Assembly (NCBI GenBank): GCA_030704615.1
Contig: CM060732.1
Span: forward strand, 11,036,001 to 11,100,000
From: Takakia lepidozioides
Lineage: Eukaryota > Plantae > Bryophyta
Direction: 5' to 3'
DNA length: 64,000 bases
In this document: piece by piece, positions 1 through 12,859 of the stretch
Layout: the number at the start of each line of letters is the position of its first letter
Numbering within the stretch: position 1 is the stretch's first letter
Translations under genes and position numbers: made by a program
The notes under the pieces: generated by a model
What the model saw: the letters and a program-made list of their open reading frames with translations, nothing else
Told to the model about the DNA's origin: nothing
The model's database searches: none

Positions 1-154
1 GTTTGAATGGAAGCAAAGTGTTATCAGTGCGCTTTATCCGACAAGAAACGTTTTAGTTGACACACGGCTTTTCATATCAGAGTCCTTGCAATTCAAATTC
101 TGCCACAGAATGTGGATTTCACTATCCGTATACGAGTGGCATTCCTGAAACGTG

Positions 155-1901
155 TCATGTACGCTGGGTGATTTGAGTAACGTTTGAAGACGTGCTATGC
201 TGAAGCCGGTGAGGCTTTAACCCACAATTTTTCTCAACTGCATCGAGAATTGGCTTTCCTCCTGGGTGCAGTGCCCAGCCCACTGAATGGTAGTCCAAAT
301 CACTGCCTTCCAGAAGGTCAGTGACAAAAGGTCCTGCATGTTCACCGACAAGCTTCGGGACACTCTTTTCTATGTTAGCATCAAGCCCAGATTGAGTGAT
401 GAGGGCTGTGATGCACATGACAGAGTCAGGAATGACCAATGACGTGCACCGATGGATCTCAAATAGGGGTCTTTCATTTTTTGTTGGTTGGCCAATCACC
501 ACAGCACCTGCTCCGTCACCAAAGATCGTCGCTGTTACTACGTTGTTCAGACGAGTGTATTCTGGATCAATGTTCTGGATTTGGCAGGAGTTCATTTCAA
601 TACAAACAACTAGAATTCGGTTGGCTGGATTTCCCTGCGCAATCTCACAGGCTGTCCGCAGGCCAACCATGCCTGCATGGCAGCCCAAGAACGACACCGA
701 GTGGTGTTTGGTGGTTTTGGGAAGGTTGAGTGCTTTGAGGAGCCGCATGTCGACAGCCGGTAGCAGCATGCCAGTGGTAGAGAAGGTGATCAAGTGGGTG
801 ATATCAGCTCTATCGCCTCCCCACTCTGCTAAAGCTCGCGTTGCAGCCAGCTCCGCAATGCGCATCCCCTCTGGCGCAAATAAAGAAAATCGGTCATTCA
901 ATGATGCCTCCCCAAATGTATAGATGTTTGGGTACTTTTGAATGTCGGAAGAGGTCAGTCCTGAATACTTCCTTGTTATGCCAGAGATCTTGCCTGCACA
1001 TCAAATTGCCAATCCAAAGTTCAAAGCGTGAGGATTACCTGTGCCTTCTATATGCAGTGCAGGACTATACAGTGTGACATTGTCCAGCAAGCATTATACC
1101 ATAATATAATGAACAAGTTCCTGAGAACAGATTCAACAAGGGAAATGATCACTAACATGAACAAAATTATGACTATGACATCATAGTTCCTACAGCACAC
1201 AAGCTCAATACTATCAAGAAGCTACTGGGTCCAGCTTCGTGATTCTTCTCGGAAATGGGTTCTACTCTCGTCAGACTGTACATTTGTACAGGTGCTTTGC
1301 CCAATGAACCTGCTTGCTCATCTGAAGTCAATATCAATTGAAGTACATATCCTGGAAAAATGAAGTAAATAAACCCTCCACCTTGCTAATGTGGAGGAAT
1401 TCATGAACACTACAAATCGTTAGAAGAAAAATTCTGGAGGTTTGGCTACTTGATATGGACCAGATCGAGTAGAATGTTCCACAGATACTGACATATGCGC
1501 TCTATGAAGTATTGAGCTTCTGGGGGGATTTTGAATTGTTCAACTTTGAAAAGCTGAGAAAAGTCTTTCATCTCGAAGAGGTGGTCGGGGTTGGCTGTTG
1601 CCAGTCCCAGAATACAGGGCCATCTTGGTTCCGCCCTCTCTGAAATTGCAACCTCAGACGAAACCGCGTAGTGTGCAGAGATCTCCCCTGCAGCGCCGTC
1701 ACTATTTTTCCTGTTGATATCTGCTAGAGCATCTGTTGATTCAGTTTCAATTGTCGAAAAATCGCGGTGTCCATAATCATTCGAGTTGGACAACAGCTTC
1801 TGACCTTCTGTCGGATTCACTTCTGAAGATCCAATCCCGCGTGCATGCCCACTAATGGCACTGACCTGCTTCAAGGGCTCTAATGTAGCAGCATCCGTCA
1901 T
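155..1901 (-). CDS. ORS: Type III polyketide synthase, 2'-oxoalkylresorcinol synthase (ORS)-like; 3'-incomplete in window
   Basis: Exon 1901-1493 and exon 993-~196 joined by a GT-AG intron splitting the Cys codon of 'FIERIC/KISG' (canonical CHS-family intron position). Motifs ILGLATANP, catalytic Cys [15 protein letters not shown], catalytic His LHPGGKPIL. Gln and Ala at the CHS T197 and F265 positions, as I recall for Physcomitrella ORS. The catalytic Asn (GNMSS) segment is not in the window. Confidence 0.85.
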
Positions 1902-3875
1902 CTTGGAGAATACCGATGCACCTGCAGAGAACAAGCTGTCCAGAAACGCAGCTTCCAAACTGCAGTGCACTACTCATACTGCAGGCGTTCCTCGTGGGCT
2001 CTCTTATTCATCAGGGAGCTGTGCAGCAGCCCATGCCCGACGCAGCTGAAGTTGCGTGCCACTGTGTAGTGTACTAGAGATGGTGCATCAGCTCGGTCAT
2101 GGTTCCAGTACTACTGTACACTCTACCGCCTGATATCGTAGTACCGAGCACCGACTGAGAACCACAACGAGGCCGTCGCAGGGGGAGACAGTACTGCGCA
2201 ATTCACACGGGTCTTACGTAGCACCGTTGGTCAGATCGAACTGTGACTTCCCTTTGGGAGTCTCCCAAGAGACTGGGTACCACCTTAATGCACTTCGGAT
2301 TGGCTATAGACCACAAACAGCCAGTAGAAAAGCCTACTTGACTACACCATGGCATAACCAGCCACATTCCATTGTCCATGAAAAATATTCATGGTCAACT
2401 TCTGCATTAGGGCTCCCAATTTGGAGGGCATCTTGATGAGATTGCAGGAAATACATGTGGGCTGAATATTTGCAGTGGGGGATCCCCACATGCGATCTCC
2501 ACAGTTCTCCACAGTCCCGATTGTGAGCTGAGGCAGGTTAGGGTCCCAAGAGGTGTCCCACATGTTGTCCTGCGCCACTGTAAGTTTACATTGGCACGCA
2601 TGACTGACCTGAGTTACATGCCTTCCCCAATTCAATTCAATGGGCCCTCGGTGAGATCGACCCATGATGGTAAGCACACATCTTGTACCAACAAGTGACA
2701 GTCTTTGCAGAGGAGTTTATTTTCTTGCTGATGCAGACCAACCGCTGCCGGTAAACTGACAATCTCCATACTCACCAAGGCGCTCCATCTATGCTAGTGC
2801 TAAATAGATAGTAGTTGTTACTTAATTAGGACAAGCTTTTATATTAAAGGTGCATCTTCAGTTTTTCTCGGCCGGGCATGACGGCATGACTATATTGACA
2901 TTATTCGACCACGCTCTGCAAATTGGTTTTGATGTCCGTGTGTGACATCCAGTGACAGCCGCAGTACACCAATTCAGTTGGAGCAAATGTCTCTAACAAC
3001 ACAAAGGCTTGCAGTGTGTACATCTGCAGTATGTAGCCATGAGGACCTAAGAATAAAAAGGTTACACATGAAATGAGTCTGTACAACTTGCCTTACAGGT
3101 TCAATGAAACATGACATAGTGGTACTCATACCTTCACGTATGCCGTAGATTCTGAGCTCCAATGTTACCAATCTCGTGTACCGGATGGGTACTGACAGTA
3201 AGGCCACTTTCTGTTCTGCATCCCAGATGCTTCATTGGATATGTTCATGCTCGATAAACTTGCCTCCAAAGGCAGATGGTCCCAATCCATCAGAGATTGC
3301 TCTGTTCAGAAGATCAGTTGCTGCTGAGCAGGAATGAAGCTCCTTCTCAGTAAAAGGTAGGCATGAATGGGAACCACAAGCCCAACAGCAAGTTGAGCAT
3401 AGTGCAGAGAATGTGTGAAGCACACTGAAGACCACAGAGGGTGAGGGTTGATAATGAGACCCAGCCGTCGTGATTGGTGTTGTTGATCTAGCCAGGGAGG
3501 AGGACGAGAGTCCCTAATGATTTGAAGTGCTGGACCAGTGGGCGAGTTGAAAACATTTTCACATTTCTGAATGCAAGTGACTTGGTTTGTTCAGTTACAA
3601 GTACAGGACTCCAACTGTAAGCTGAACATGTAATTGTACCTGCTCAAACACATCTGTAAATCTAAATGATTTTGTCAAAACAAGCCCACTCTGCCTATAG
3701 ACAGGTCATACCCCGGAAGAAAACTATTAGCGATTCACCCAGGGTCAACAAGATGAAATGAACAAAGATGTACAAAAGAGAGGGTCATCTATTTGACCCT
3801 CCATAACTGTGAATTGCAATATACACTTGGAAGACAGCAACTGTACATGGCTTTGCCTCAACAAAAAGTTTGGAG

Positions 3876-6800
3876 TCAATGTAAGGTAGGCAGCATTGCA
3901 CGCTGAGTAAGTTCATGACTTACAAGTTGAACAACCTCTGCTATCTGCAACCTCCCCCCAAAGTATAAACCACAGTTTGAAGAAAGCATTGAAAGAGAGG
4001 GAATTGAAAGCTGTTTGGCTTGGGACATTCCACATTTGACCAAGAACAAGAAAGAGCAATCAGTGACTTTTCCCTTTAGATTTAAGAATGACAGCTTGGC
4101 AGAACACGTGGGTCTCCTGATACTAGACATATTTTGAAGGAACTAGAGTAACTGTCAAAGCAATCATAACCCAAGGTAAGCCAGCAAAAGGCACTAAGTG
4201 CATAAACGACATTGACATTAACATTACAATAAAGCATATGGCACTCACCCAAAAGAGAGAAAAAAGAACATATCTGTGGGGTGCCCACATGGGCTGAGAG
4301 AAAGAGAAAGTAAGAACTTTGCAACAACCACAGGGGTCCACCAGAGAAGGAAAGCAATTTGTTGCATCCCTGGGATGGCCAGAGAGAGAGAAGGTGCCCA
4401 TAAGACGACGTTTGCCATAGCCTTTGTGGCCATCGACCCACGCTCAGTTTGGGCAGAACAAGAGGGAACAGGCACTACTTTGTAGAGATAGAGAGAGAGA
4501 GTTTACCCCAGGATAATGCTGAAGGACTGGTGTATAGCGGTGCAAAACAGTATGCAGGTTCTCCAGCAAAGTCACAAGTGAATCGACTTCGTCCCCAAGC
4601 AGATCGACCTGCCACAGACAGATTCTTTTAAACTAATCGCAAACAACCACAAGGGCTATCTGCCCAGAGAGCAGATGCAGAGTCACTGCCCTTGATAAGG
4701 GCTTGCTCTAGACTTGTGACTGGCTTTGAAGATGAAGGAACCCGGATCTAAAGATTTACTTAAAAAAAGGCCTCACCAGAGCACTACTTGGATTAAAAAC
4801 CTACTCTCACATTAAAACTGCCCCAAACACCCAAACTAGTCATTGTCATCCACCCTCAACATCATGTCGTAAATTTTGACCAACTTTCACTACATAGTTC
4901 AAACGTACTAGGAAACAAAAAAGAGCACATGCTTGTACAGGAAATTATAGCTCATAGTTATGCATACCTCTTCCTCTGCTTTTTGAAGATTTTGAGCACT
5001 CTGGACATTCTCTGACTGGTTCAAAAGCAGCCTGGTGAAAAATTGGTGCAACTGTGTAACTAGTATCTGCAATCCGTTCAACCTGCAAATGCACATGGCT
5101 GAGCAACTGATGGATGCATCATGCAAGAGATCATCTGGATGTCCTACATTTCTATTCCAAGACATCCACAACCATTAGGAAAATTCAGGTGGAACTAAGG
5201 TGTCGATGCACAACCACAGCCGACCAGCCTTTCTATCTGGTGTTCAGCTGCAAGCAAAATCTGCTATCTATCCCAGCTCACCTCGAACTTTCCCGGTGAA
5301 CGCGCTCACAAAGCTCACGCTCAACTTTCTGCGAAGCTTGCACTACTTGTTCAATTTTCTCTGCCAATTCCCTCTCCAAGTGCCTCCATCTTTCTGATTT
5401 CTCTGGTAATGTCGGGCTCTCAGCCTTCATTTCTTGCACCTCAGTTTCATAAGAAGCTGTAAGGAAAAAAAACGCCAATATTAGATCCTCTAATGCAGGT
5501 TGGTCAGCTCCGCATCAACTTTAATCACCTTTTGAGTATTTCCAGCTATCTTTTGTTCTGTGTGATAAACACTTCAAGGAATACAGTCGAGTTTGATCTT
5601 CAAACACCATGTTGAAGGATGAATAACCCTATAATATGTAATTCACCCACCTTTCGTTGCCTTCTCTTCAAGTTCCTTGTGTGTCTGACTGAGAGCACCC
5701 TCCATCTCCTTGAATGTCCTCTGAAAGTCTGCTGTCAACCTCTCTGTGTCTTTCTTGTGGGTGAGATCCATATGATTACGAGCACGTTCCAAAGTAGCCA
5801 CCATCACTCCCAATTGACGTCGTTCGTTCGTTAAGGCAGTGACTTCATTCTCCACTCGAATCTGCTCGATTTTGTGGGCAGCAACCATTTTCTTCAGTTT
5901 GTCTCGTTCAAATGCGTGAACAGCAACCATTTCCTCCAATCGACTCTGTTCTGCTGCAAGCCTTTTCTCTAGTCCAGGAACCCTTTCCTCCAGCCAACTC
6001 CGTTCCCCTTCAAGTCTGGTAACCTTCCTTGCAACTGCTTCCTCCAGATCATGTCGGTCGATCTGCAGCGCGGTGACCTTAGCCTCCAACTGCTTCTGTT
6101 CCAATTCATGGACATTAACTACTTCCTCTAGCCCAGTAACTCTAGACTTCAGCCATTCCCTTTCCACCTCAAGCTCTGAAATCACACTCTTCAAACCCTC
6201 GCTAACAGTCTTTTCCTCAGATGCCTGGGTAAGCTCTTTAGCCAGGTTGATAGGATCCAAGTCCCTTTGAGAGGTAGTAGCCAGCATTTCTTCCATTCCT
6301 CCGTCATACCCGTCAACAACTTCCTCTGACCTAGAAATTTTAGATTGCAAACTCATCTGTTCTGCTTCCAGCCCCGAAATCATGATCTCTGTGTTACCAG
6401 ATGCCTGTGTAACATCCTCTGCCAGTTGCCCGACCTGAAGGTCCCTTTGAGAAATAGTACCCAGCAATTCCTCTTTTTGCCTTTCATAGTCGCGGACCAC
6501 TCTCTCCAGCCCAGAAACTTTATATTCCAAGCGTTCCACTGCATGCTCTGTAACAGTATTCTTCATACTCTCCAAAACTGTCTGTTCTTCAGATGCCTGA
6601 GCAAGCTCATCTAAAAGTTGCCTTAGATGAAGGTCCTTCTGGGAAATGGTCCCCAGCAATCCCTCCTTTTCCTTTTGCCAATCCTCCCTCGACACAGTAA
6701 TCAATTCCGCATCCTCACCACTTATACTCTCCGAAGCACCAGATCCTTTTCTTGCCATCCCTTGAATTACGAGGTCCAGTTGTTGCTTGAAGTCCCGCAA

Positions 6801-9800
6801 TTCTCGTTTGAGACCAGCCACTTCATGCTCTCTTATTTGGTCGGTCTCCCCCTTTATCTTGTCAGATTCCTTCAAAAACTCGCGCTTGAGTCTGTACACT
6901 TCATCCGCATGCATTCCCAACAGCTGCTCTTTCTCTCTCCGCAACTCCAATACTTCTCTCTTTAAGGACGAGACTACCTGCTGACAACTCAACAGCATTA
7001 GGCATCCTTTCTCTTATCATACTCCTACCTTCCCTCCTCATACTGGTTTGGCTGCAAAGGGTACGAACACAAACTGTTATCATCTCTATTGAAGGAGTCA
7101 AAATTGTGATCGATCTACCCATAGTAGCCAGACCAAATCACTCATGCAAGGGGTGGTTCTCCCCCATCAAGCACCTTCCTGAAAAGGCCATGGACGTTTA
7201 GGGCTTCATGTGCCACCTACCTTTCTGTCTCTTTCGCTGCATGTTCAATCGAGTGGTTTCTTTGGAAAGAAGAGTTTGTGCAAGGGAGCACAGGGTGCAA
7301 TATGTGCTAATGGCTGCATCAAATAACATTCTTTGCTTATATGATTCTTCAAGTACCATTACTAACAAGACATAAAGGAGGTTGGTGGATTCACCACAGA
7401 GAAGTTTCAGACGGTGATGCTACAGTAGCTTTGAAAAGGCCTTTCTGCAATGGCCACTATCAAGGATCCTTCATAACAAATTCGATATCTACTAACAAAA
7501 TTGTTAGGATTTTAAATGTAACTTTAATTCAATGTAAGTTAACTTTCAAACCAGCTTTCTGTACTGAAGAACAGTACCTCTCTGCTCCTCCTTGAACTAA
7601 AATTCTTTGATGGCGAGTCACCTATGTCTACCATGAAACCCTCCACAGCAGCTTGATTGTCTCGCCTAATAACCACTAGGACCGGATCAGTCACTGTCAT
7701 GGGGCCAGGACCATCAATTTGATCAACAAGCTTCTTTCCCTTTGCTTCTGCCTTCTTCAGGGCAGCCTTGTAACCCTCCAGCTCTGCTTCCAGCAGCAGC
7801 AATTTGTCTGCATTAGCAGATCTTTCCTTCTCTATTAGACCTGATCCTGAAATTTGCACAGGCACTTCTTTCCTACCTTCTCTCTCTTCTTCACTTTCTT
7901 TACCAGCTCTCCAACCCTCAAGCTCCTGCCGCAAATGAAGAATTTCATGTTGAAGAGAACACCAATCCTCTTCAAGCCCAGTTTGTGTACTCACCTCCAC
8001 AACACCTAACTTCTCCTCACTCCCTACCTCCGTCACCTCACCAGGCCTCAATCTCTCAATGTCTTGATGTAAACATACGATCTCCTCTTTTGCTGCACGC
8101 CTCTCATTGAGGAACTGGGCTTCTGCCTGACAACTGGCCTCCCTCATAACTAACAAAATGATATTGTTTTCAACCTTGTGCCTCCATTTGCCACCTTCAA
8201 TCTGCTCTTCCAGTTCAGCAACATGCCCCTCCATCATTCTTAATTTCTCTTCAAGACCACCTCTGAGGGCATGCATTCCTGATTCCAAATCAACACATTT
8301 GGCATTAAGATCTACAGCACTCATCTCTTCTGCATGAAGAGCTCTTGTTGCCACCTCTATCTCAGCCTTGGCCTCATCAAGACTCTGACGTAAACTATTG
8401 CTTTGAGCCTTCAATGAATCACAATCTACGTCACTTTGATGTAAGGCAGTGCACGGGGCTTCAATTTCGTTGTCACTTCTGAAGAGAGCTGCCTTGGTTT
8501 TTTCCTTTAGTTGAAGATCACCAGTGATGGCCTCCATGTCGCTACAGCTATCCTCAAGGCAGCGGCGCAGAGTACTCATCTCTGTGATCATGGCATCCTT
8601 CTCCAGCCTGCTTTCATGCACAACATCTCTAAGGGCTTCAATCTCCCTGCTGCTTGCCTCAGCACCTGCCTCTATTTCCCTACTTAGTGTACATAGTTGA
8701 GTATATTTCCTTCCCATCTCAACACTTTTGTCTTCAAGAATCTTGCATAATATCTCCCACTCCATCTGCTGCCGCCGACATTGCCCCTGAAGCTTCTCCT
8801 CAAAGCAGAGCTCTGTGATCAAATAGGCTTATCAGTCTTCCAGATGCAGAAACATTCGATGTGGACAACCAGAAAATTCAAACAATAGAACACTGACCGG
8901 AGGTGGACCCAGCTATAAAACAACCTCAGTATCTGCAGCAGACAGAGTCTATCTAATCCTCTATTTTTCTCTCTCCCAGGTCCATCCATCTTTTACCTCT
9001 GCCCCTTCCTAGATTGGCCGAATCCCAATCTACACGTGTATTGACACAGGATGTCTTATATGTATGGATTGAAAAAACTCACGCAATGTATGTTTGGATC
9101 TCTGTAGCTCCTCCACCTGTGTAATCATACCATGCAGTCTGCTACGCTCTTGCTCCAGAGTCTCTCTTAGCTGGCCTTCCTGAGATCTGAACTCTGCTTG
9201 CAGTTTCAAAATATCCTGTCTCTTCAGAACATTGCTGGAGTTCAAGGCTGAGGCCTTAGACTCCAGTGCTTCCTGCAACTCCTGCTTCTGCTCAGCCTGC
9301 ACAGTATTACAGTCCAAAATACAATTGAGATGATTCATATAAAGCCCTGAGACTTGTCCCACTGCACACTGGCTAGATTCCCGATACATTCAAAGTATAA
9401 TAAAGCCAAGTAACAAGAAATAACTTAGAAAGGAAAGTCACTGAATAGAGTATGAAGTCACAAAAACATGATATCGGTGCATTCTTCTGAACATTCACTC
9501 TTTGGCGTTTCATCACTGAGTATTCTGCAAGAGATACTATCCAACACAATTCATAAGGTAGAGAAGAGCATCTTTACATCCTTCAGCACGATTTCATATT
9601 TTAGCCGAACGAGATCTTCGGACCAATCGCCTGCTTGTCCTTCTGCAACCCCAAGAAAGATGAACTTCTCCATCTTATGTTCCCATCTCACCAACTCAAG
9701 CTCCTCCTCCAACTTCTGACACTCCTCGCCTTTCTTGTTCAGCCTGCCTTCTGATTCTCCCTATCACAAAAATACAAAGACTGAGAATAATTCAACTAGA

Positions 9801-12800
9801 CCTGTTATGGCTTCAAGTATAGTCCTTGACTATGGAATTTACACAACAATTCATCGCACAAGCTACTGCTGCATCCCTTTACAAAAACCGAAACTGGACA
9901 GGTGCGATCTTTGAAGGAGCATCACACTGGAATCTGCAGCTTTACAAGCCTTGAATCACAGGAATCAAAAAGGAAAAAAGCTACCCTCAGATCATCCATT
10001 TGACTCTGTAGATCGCAAAAATCTGCTTTGGATTTTTCTGAACATGATGATGCCTCTCGCAAGGCATTTCTGCAATTTGTGATTTCCCTTTGGCAGCTCT
10101 CAATCTCCTCCGTCAATTGGTCTACAAAACTGGAGAGCACTGTGTTCTCAGCCCTTAGGCTGTCAGCATCCCCCCTGCTTTCCTGTAGCAATAGCTTATT
10201 ATTCTGTAGCTCTTTCTGACTTGACGCTAACCAGCCTTCATTGTCAGCCAGTTTTGTGCACACCCGACACACCTGTTTCACCAGGCTCTCAAATGTACAT
10301 TCAAAGTAGGCAGTAATCAGGTCAATTTCAACTCCCCCTCTCCAAACTTCCTCCCCCATTTCTGATCTGCAGCTCATTAGATCCATATGTTGCTGCTGCA
10401 CTTTGTGATTCATCTCACTCATCCCAGTCAAAAGACAAGCAATGTGGTCCTCAGCCTTCTTCAATAACCCGGACCTGCAGAAAAAAAGCCACACATTTGC
10501 TAGATCAGCTGTACTTTCTGTTTATCCCACCCATCCAGGTTAAGAAGGCGAGCAGTAAAGTCTCAAACTTCAGTAAACAAGGAGGACCATGGAAAAAAAA
10601 AATTGTGCCTACCTACATAGCTTGTAGACTGATAAGAAAGAACACAGGAAAACACCCCATCAACTTGGTAGTACCTTCTAACCAGAAGCTCTTTCTGATC
10701 ATGCAAGCATTGCTGCTGCGATGTACTCACTGCCTCCAGGTCTCTTAGCTTCTGTTCAAGAACCGGATTTGAGGTTAACATATCCAATAAGCCTATGTTC
10801 TTCTTCTCCTTGAAGTCTACCAGGAACTGCTGCCCAGTCTGCACATCCAAGTCACTCCCCAACTTCGTAACGTTTGTGGAAACTACCAGAGAGAAGTACC
10901 CAGCCTTCTCATCTGGCTCAGACTCCAACCCTACAACATCAAAGCCTTGTGGGGGAGGGCAATTTGCCAGATTGTCTGCATTGCCCTCCAAAAGTATGTT
11001 TGTTACTGTATCCTGCCCCTGTCTCTGGTCTTCAATCTCTACATCAGTGCACCAAGCCTCCTCGTCACATTCTTTCAATTGGGGTTCTTTCAATTGGGCA
11101 CTAATACTGCCCATGACCTGCTTCAGATTCTTCTTCCACATTGACGAGGCTTGGCTTTGCTCATTTGCCATTTTGAAAGCATCCCTCTGCTCTTCCACTT
11201 CACTCTCCTTGGCCTCCATTTCAACCATTGTGCTGTGCAGCTGCTCGGCCATTAAGGCTCTCTCAGTGCTCAACTGTGCCATTCGCTGTTTCAAATGTAC
11301 AAGTTCTGGTTGCATGGCTTCAATAATCTCAGCTCTTGATTCAGCATCCTTCACATACCGCTCATTGACAGCCATCAAATCATGAGTTTGCCTCAAACCA
11401 CTGTCAAGGGAACTCTCCAGTAGGGGAATCTCCTTATGACAGGGACTAACCTCATCTTGCAATTCCTCCTGTTCTGAAAAGTATTCTGTCAACTGAGTTT
11501 CCCTTTCCCTGGATTCTCCATGAAAAATCTGCAAGTCAAGTTCTTCCTTGTTTGTCCTTCTCTGTGACTCTCCTATCAACGAAGCAATCTCTGTCGCCTC
11601 TGCTTCCCACAAATACTTCACCTGCTAGTCCATCAAAACCACTCTTACATTTTCTGCGTACCAGCTACCTTAGAGAGCTTACTCTCTTTATCGGCTGCAT
11701 GCAACACACAGTATGTGGGGCTCTAGCAGGTTCCTTCGACCCTGCAATAATTCTATTCAAGCCTGCAGGTGGCCAGTGAGAAACCTGTACCAAGTTGTTG
11801 TCCTTCAAAAAGATTTAAGCAGGAAATGGCCTTTCAAGTCTAAGCAAAACAATGTAAGAATTAATTTCCAGAAAAATATAGATATTGATGGTTTAGAAAG
11901 AGAAATGAAATGAAATGGTGCTTTATAACGTCCGCGGAAAGCTCATAGAGCTTTCAGAAGGATGAATGCATAGGTGGTAGACCTCACAGGAGGTATGGTG
12001 AGCATAGGAACTAATAACAGAAACCAGTAACAAAGGAAGGTTTTTTTAGAGGAAAAAGATTGGTGGGGAGTTCAGGTTTGTTGTGATTTTGTTTGGAAAC
12101 ATCAGAAAATGTTGACCAGTGCTGAATTAGCTGTGTTTACTGCAGGATGGCTCATTTTCATTTTGGGCTTTATTTGTGCAACAATACCTTCAGTTGTACT
12201 GCAGTCTCTAGCTTCACAATTCTTGCATCCTTCTCCTGAAGGCTATCTCTTAGATTGGCAATCTCCGCATCTTTAGCAGCAAGAGCCCTGGCAGCCTCCT
12301 CCTGCAATGCTGTAACCAACCCCTTTGTGACAGCTGCTCCTACCACGGTCTTCACCACATCCCTACACTCCACATCGGCAGATGCAGTCTCATACATCTC
12401 TGTAAATTCATGAAGCCGGACAATAAAACTCTTTTCTGGTTCAGAAAGAACAGGAGAGGGGGTTTCGCTCCAAGGCCCACCCAAGGAATTCAATAAGGAC
12501 GGAGGAGATGGCACTGCATGGCCATTTCCCACTGACGTCTCTTCCTCCACAGCACCCTCCCCCCAGTTGTTGTTGCTTGACATGCTGTATTTCTTCAAGA
12601 TTTCATTTGTGAAGTAAGCCCCAATCTCATCTTCAAGGGAAGAGATATCAGTTGTAGGAGCCAGATTTTCAATTCCCTTCATCATCTCCTTTGCAATAAG
12701 TACTTGTAGGGCGTCTCCATCTTCCCCTTCACTTCCAGAACTTCCTGGCTGTTGGATGCTGTTAAAAATCTTGCTGGTTGCTAAGTCTGGTATCTCATCA

Positions 12801-12859
12801 TCCTCTCCAATACTGCTCCCCTGGGACAGTTGTGGGGACACACCCTCTCGTTTCTTCAT
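3876..12859 (-). CDS. WAP: WPP domain-associated protein (WAP)-like long coiled-coil protein, multi-exon
   Basis: N-terminal motif AVTKGLVTALQEEAARALAAKDAEI (exon ~12189-12876), internal DEVYRLKREFLKE. The C-terminal WAP signature is assembled from spliced exons NLQKAEEE / VDLLGDEVDSLVTLLENLHTVLHRYTPVLQHYPG (4608-4507) / IAEVVQLVSHEL..stop (3944-3876). Large Glu/Leu-rich coiled-coil ORFs at 5643-6998, 7539-8822, 9030-9389, 9922-10494, 10563-11621. True start may lie further upstream. Confidence 0.85.
4397..4482 (-). mobile_element. Short 3'-end fragment of a non-LTR retrotransposon (LINE) in the last WAP intron
   Basis: cataagacgacgtttgccatagcctttgtggccatcgaccc matches 25293-25345 and the reverse complement of ~20900-20980; flanked on both sides by (AG)n. 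Confidence 0.6.
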
